Assembly: GCA_020444065.1 (NCBI GenBank) | Contig: JAHLLQ010000003.1 | Location: 132,979 to 196,978, forward strand | Origin: a bacterium | Lineage (GTDB): Bacteria; Sumerlaeota; Sumerlaeia; SLMS01; JAHLLQ01 | Direction of reading: 5' to 3' | DNA: 64,000 nt | Made by a program: the position numbers and the translations under genes | In this document: in pieces, positions 60,583-64,000 of the stretch | How the letters are laid out: each line of letters opens with the position of its first letter | Position numbering within the stretch: the first letter of the stretch is position 1 | The notes under the pieces: model-generated | Told to the model about the DNA's origin: nothing | Databases searched by the model: none | Seen by the model: the letters and a program-made list of their open reading frames with translations, nothing else

Positions 60583-61257
60583 ATGAAAATCAGGCCAAAC
60601 TCCTTTCGACGTGTTGTCTGTCTGTGTGTCACCTCCGTAGTTGTTGCAGTTGTGATGTTTGGGAGAATCACGGCGAATGGCGTATCCAGTGACTTTCACT
60701 TCACATGGAGGAATGTGACAGTTTCCGATATCATCGGGGGCGTGGTCGCGGATCTTAGAAAGAGGGACAGCACGACGGATGTTGTTGTGGAGCTTCCCGG
60801 ATTTGGGGGGCTTGGGTTCGTTCATGTATTCACGGAGACAAGTCATGATGATACCATCGTGTACTCAGTGATCAGCGTGGATGCCGAATCGTTGGAAGAG
60901 CTGGCCCAGCAATTGGAGGCGCAAATGCGCAACTTCAGAATCGCCTACAACAAGAATATGGACATCCTGTCTTTCATTGACCCCAGAGTTGCAGATAGCA
61001 GCGATTGGCAGCTGAACATAGCCGTGCACAAGGCGGTCTCGCTGGAGGAGGATTGCAATATCGAACCGGCTTCAGATTATGACTTCCCCCCTCTCGACGT
61101 GAAGCTCCCTCCGGTCCGAGACTTCGTATTCAGATACGTTGAGTCCCTGGAGGGGCCTTGTCACTACGTGGCAATTACTCGTGGAGCTACGGATCGTTTA
61201 GTGATGCTCATTGATCAGGCTCCGACATACGTCAGAGATCCCTCAGGCACGAAATAG
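60583..61257 (+). CDS. Cassette ORF 1: signal-anchored hypothetical protein, lower GC.
   Basis: 224 aa; N-terminal TM helix 'VVCLCVTSVVVAVVMF'. Lies between repeat copies 1 and 2. Confidence 0.5.
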   Translation: MKIRPNSFRRVVCLCVTSVVVAVVMFGRITANGVSSDFHFTWRNVTVSDIIGGVVADLRKRDSTTDVVVELPGFGGLGFVHVFTETSHDDTIVYSVISVDAESLEELAQQLEAQMRNFRIAYNKNMDILSFIDPRVADSSDWQLNIAVHKAVSLEEDCNIEPASDYDFPPLDVKLPPVRDFVFRYVESLEGPCHYVAITRGATDRLVMLIDQAPTYVRDPSGTK

Positions 61258-61280
61258 AAGCCGTGGTAATACGGGCACAG

Positions 61281-61498
61281 GATACTCTTATCTTGCCTCG
61301 GACATCGGCCGGGATGTTCTCTATATATGCAGGTATTTCGGGGAACGCTCATTATGGCGCAGTTGGCGCGCATCGTTTCGCCCGGGGGCGGGACTTGTCT
61401 TCGGCGCTATTAACGCGGGCGGTTATCGAAAAAGGAGAAATCTCTCGGCCAGATGGAAATGAAGTTCGATGAATAGAGTATCCTGTCGCCGAATATCC
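61281..61498 (+). repeat. Copy 2 of the family-C structured repeat.
   Basis: Alignment with copy 1. Confidence 0.7.
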
Positions 61499-61551
61499 TC
61501 TGACCTTATTCATCCCGATTGGCGATGAAATCAGACTGGCGAGACTGACTT

Positions 61552-62223
61552 ATGCTGCTCGAAATCACGACTCATCAGTATCAGGTACGGTGCCGACGGT
61601 GTTCCAGGAATTACTGGGGAGAAATTGGTCCCGATGCCTACGAAGGATTTCTTCTGCTGGACGAACACTATGTGCCCGCTGGCTGTTGGCGGCTAGATGA
61701 TTGGCTCTGGGAGGATCTGAGGGTCCTCATACAAGGCTACGAGGGGATTCATCCCGAGCGGATGCTGCAGTTGGAATGGATTCAGGAAACCAAGCGGGGA
61801 GTCCAGCGCGATCTTCTATTGGGTATGGTCTTGGCCGCAGAGTCGCATCATCCCGGATACCGCCTGCATTGTCTGCCACCATGTCCTAATTGTGGCGAAT
61901 ACGCTGTCTATTACATGGTTACTGGGCACATCAAAAGAAACCTGCAGCAACTTACTGCTGACAGTTGGCGAAAGCGAACGGATGCTGATCGGCAGACGGT
62001 AGCATTCGGATACCTGGATTATCTCCATGATCATCCTCCGCTCGATCATGTCGATGTTTTGACCGTCCCGCCAGTCACCCTATATGAGTCCATGATTGGG
62101 AATATGGACGGACTCAAAAGGGGAGAGATCCTCGAAAGGCTCTTGAAGCACTTCGCGCGACTCGGCATGGAACCTCCAAGGATTGCCGATGATGACTTCG
62201 AAGTTCCTGACTACAGATTCTAG
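61552..62223 (+). CDS. Cassette ORF 2: cytoplasmic hypothetical protein with two CxxC pairs (zinc-ribbon-like), lower GC.
   Basis: 223 aa; 'CRRCS' ... 'CPNCG'. Confidence 0.5.
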   Translation: MLLEITTHQYQVRCRRCSRNYWGEIGPDAYEGFLLLDEHYVPAGCWRLDDWLWEDLRVLIQGYEGIHPERMLQLEWIQETKRGVQRDLLLGMVLAAESHHPGYRLHCLPPCPNCGEYAVYYMVTGHIKRNLQQLTADSWRKRTDADRQTVAFGYLDYLHDHPPLDHVDVLTVPPVTLYESMIGNMDGLKRGEILERLLKHFARLGMEPPRIADDDFEVPDYRF

Positions 62224-62286
62224 ACCCACATGCCTTCAAGCGCGAAGCCGAATTTTCTGCAAGACTGGGACGGCAAAACGTGGACT

Positions 62287-62386
62287 GGATACTCTTATCT
62301 TGCCTCGGACATCGGTCGGGATGTCTTCTATGCATGTCGGTATTTCGCGGAACTCTCTTCACGGCGCAGTTGGCGCGCATCATTGG
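62287..62386 (+). repeat. Copy 3 (truncated, ~100 bp) of the family-C repeat, fused to the start of the next ORF.
   Basis: Aligns with the 5' half of copies 1 and 2. Confidence 0.6.
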
Positions 62387-62394
62387 TATTTCCC

Positions 62395-62835
62395 ATGAAA
62401 GCTCACCTTGGTGAAAAGAGGTCGTGGCCCGCATCAGCACGAGCAGTTGTCCTGATCTTCATCATGCTGTCACTTATCGCCAGCTATGTCACTTACAGGG
62501 TTTCTGTGGGTCCGATTTCCACTCAGGAAGCAATGAAGACACGAGAGGCGAAGGGAATACTGAAGGAGCTGGAGCTAGAATTGCGCACTCAAGCCAATCG
62601 AGGAAAGTCCCAATGGACGATCGAAGAAGTAAATAATACTGTTTCCTCCTTGGGCCTAAAAGATCCATTCCGATTCAACTCCCCCATGGCCATTCAGGAA
62701 GATGGCCAATTCTGGCTTGTCTTCAGGGGTGACCCAAGTGGGACTCCCTACGATCCGACAAACGGCGCGTTATCTCCGGGGTGGATCCAGTTTGATTTTG
62801 TGCCTGGGCAAGCCCCGATGGCCGATGGGGATTGA
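62395..62835 (+). CDS. Cassette ORF 3: signal-anchored small hypothetical protein.
   Basis: Start 'MKAHLGEKRSW' directly after the truncated repeat. TM helix 'VVLIFIMLSLIASYV'. The track ORF from 62230 includes repeat sequence and is rejected. Confidence 0.45.
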   Translation: MKAHLGEKRSWPASARAVVLIFIMLSLIASYVTYRVSVGPISTQEAMKTREAKGILKELELELRTQANRGKSQWTIEEVNNTVSSLGLKDPFRFNSPMAIQEDGQFWLVFRGDPSGTPYDPTNGALSPGWIQFDFVPGQAPMADGD

Positions 62836-62870
62836 ATCTTCGTGGCAATGGCAAAAACGGTGACAAAAAC

Positions 62871-63083
62871 CTCTCTTCTTGCCTCGGACATTGGCCGGGG
62901 TGACTTCTATGCATGTCGGTATTTGGAGGATAGCCGGCCATGACACGGCTTGCTTGTTCGCATCCTCTCGCCCGGGGGCGGCACTCGCCTTCGCCCCACC
63001 GGCGCGGGCGGAAATCGAAAGAGGAGGAATCTCCCGGCCGGATGGAACTGACGTTCGATGAATGGCGTGTCTTGTCCCCGAAT
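62871..63083 (+). repeat. Copy 4 of the family-C structured repeat.
   Basis: Alignment with copies 1 and 2. Confidence 0.7.
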
Positions 63084-63139
63084 TTCTCGATAGCGCCTCA
63101 CGGAAGCGACCTCCAAGTAGGTATGGCTGGAAGTAGCCA

Positions 63140-63949
63140 CTAGTCTGGAATCTGAATTGTACCAGTCGCCTCCAGTCCTCGTGACGGGGGCACAAGAAGA
63201 TCGAACTTGATTCGATGGGGGCTGTCTGGATCGATGCGGAGATTGCCTTTCTGAGGATCAGGGTCGATTAGAATCAGCTCATCTCGGTCCGGTGAGAGGT
63301 AATAGACTCCCGCGTCTCGCGCATGCCCGTCAGGTGCAATCCAATAGCCCATTCGGATAACAAGTCCCCCGCTGAGGAGCGGAAGTACCTCCCACACGGC
63401 GGCACGTCCGGATAGCACTTCTTCCAGGGATTCGCTCCCGGGGCTCCAGGAAAGGAGAGTACTGGAGCAGACGTACAAGACTTGCTTCCGAGGATCCCAA
63501 ACGAAGTCAGGAACCGCTCCGTCCAATTTGCCAATGCATTTCGAGCTTTCCTCTCTTGGTTCAATGACCCAGATCTCATGAGCCCTGGAGATTGGTGTTT
63601 CGCTCGTGCGAAGGCGCCTCGCCTCTGGATTTGTTAAGACAATGACAAATGGAGTATCTAAATCCCGCGCCGCAAAATGCGCTCGATCTTGGAGCTTGAG
63701 AATCGGGCGCGAATCTGATCGACGATCAGTTGGCGAGATCGATAGCACCGATCCCCCCTCCTTCCCTGGAGATAGGATTAGCTCCTTGCCGTTACGCGTA
63801 ATGGCGGCCTCAGTTGCAGGAGTGGAAAGTTCTGACGCCAGACTCCTGTCCAGTTGATCATCAAGAGAGGATGCCAGCTGCGCACCGGCAGATTCGATCT
63901 CCGATATCTTTGCAGAAAAGCGCTCTCTGTCGCCGTGATCCTTTCTCAT
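63140..63949 (-). CDS. Hypothetical protein. Its 3' end abuts the last repeat copy.
   Basis: 269-aa ORF with moderate GC. No family recognised. Confidence 0.4.
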   Translation of the reverse strand: MRKDHGDRERFSAKISEIESAGAQLASSLDDQLDRSLASELSTPATEAAITRNGKELILSPGKEGGSVLSISPTDRRSDSRPILKLQDRAHFAARDLDTPFVIVLTNPEARRLRTSETPISRAHEIWVIEPREESSKCIGKLDGAVPDFVWDPRKQVLYVCSSTLLSWSPGSESLEEVLSGRAAVWEVLPLLSGGLVIRMGYWIAPDGHARDAGVYYLSPDRDELILIDPDPQKGNLRIDPDSPHRIKFDLLVPPSRGLEATGTIQIPD

Positions 63950-64000
63950 TCGATAGGAATACTCAACGAGATCTCCTCGAACCTTGAAGTCCCTTAGCTC

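Noticed and set aside
60125-63061. Small conserved ORFs inside the family-C repeats (for example 60223-60468, 61211-61462, 61263-61472, 62879-63061, and the minus-strand 59816-60544, 62114-62440, 62723-62941).
   Set aside because: Their similarity comes from DNA-level repeat conservation, and the same repeat is 'read' in different frames in different copies. That is non-coding conservation, not paralogous proteins.

Overview
This is a high-GC (roughly 65%) bacterial chromosomal segment. It is most likely from Planctomycetota or a related phylum, judging from a prepilin-type protein that ends in a DUF1559-like 'NVLWSDFSV' motif, a lamin-tail-domain protein and several giant secreted proteins.

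Core genes are recognisable from motifs:
- ErpA/IscA, PBP4/DacB, a BshA-like GT4, B12-dependent methionine synthase, a ROK-SIS fusion, DAHP synthase and an M6 metalloprotease.
- tRNA-Ala(CGC).
- A cobalamin riboswitch in front of an operon encoding a prepilin-like protein, a MetE-like/PduO fusion, a Bfd-like protein and BtuF/D/C.
- A phosphohexomutase, an exopolysaccharide-type locus (GT4, GT-C-like, GT2 with QxxRW, a 4x CBM48-like secreted protein), an RCK ion channel, YmdB and Lgt.

Several clearly accessory patches interrupt this background:
1. An orphan phage terminase-large-subunit gene next to secreted proteins (0-6.7 kb).
2. A mosaic at 8.9-17.5 kb. It holds a tandem MITE-like palindromic repeat array, a lone excisionase-family HTH gene, a two-gene low-GC module bracketed by ~140-bp structured direct repeats, and a low-GC three-gene island.
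   - The three-gene island encodes an HD-phosphohydrolase/phosphoribosyltransferase fusion, a second degenerate PRTase-like protein and an unknown protein. This is the best candidate for an undescribed (defence-like) system.
3. A cassette-array-like region at 60.3-63.1 kb. Four copies of a ~210-bp GC-rich structured repeat alternate with unrelated low-GC small ORFs. This looks integron-like without an integrase in the window, or alternatively a leader-RNA family.

Functional calls rest on motif recognition by eye. No database searches were run.
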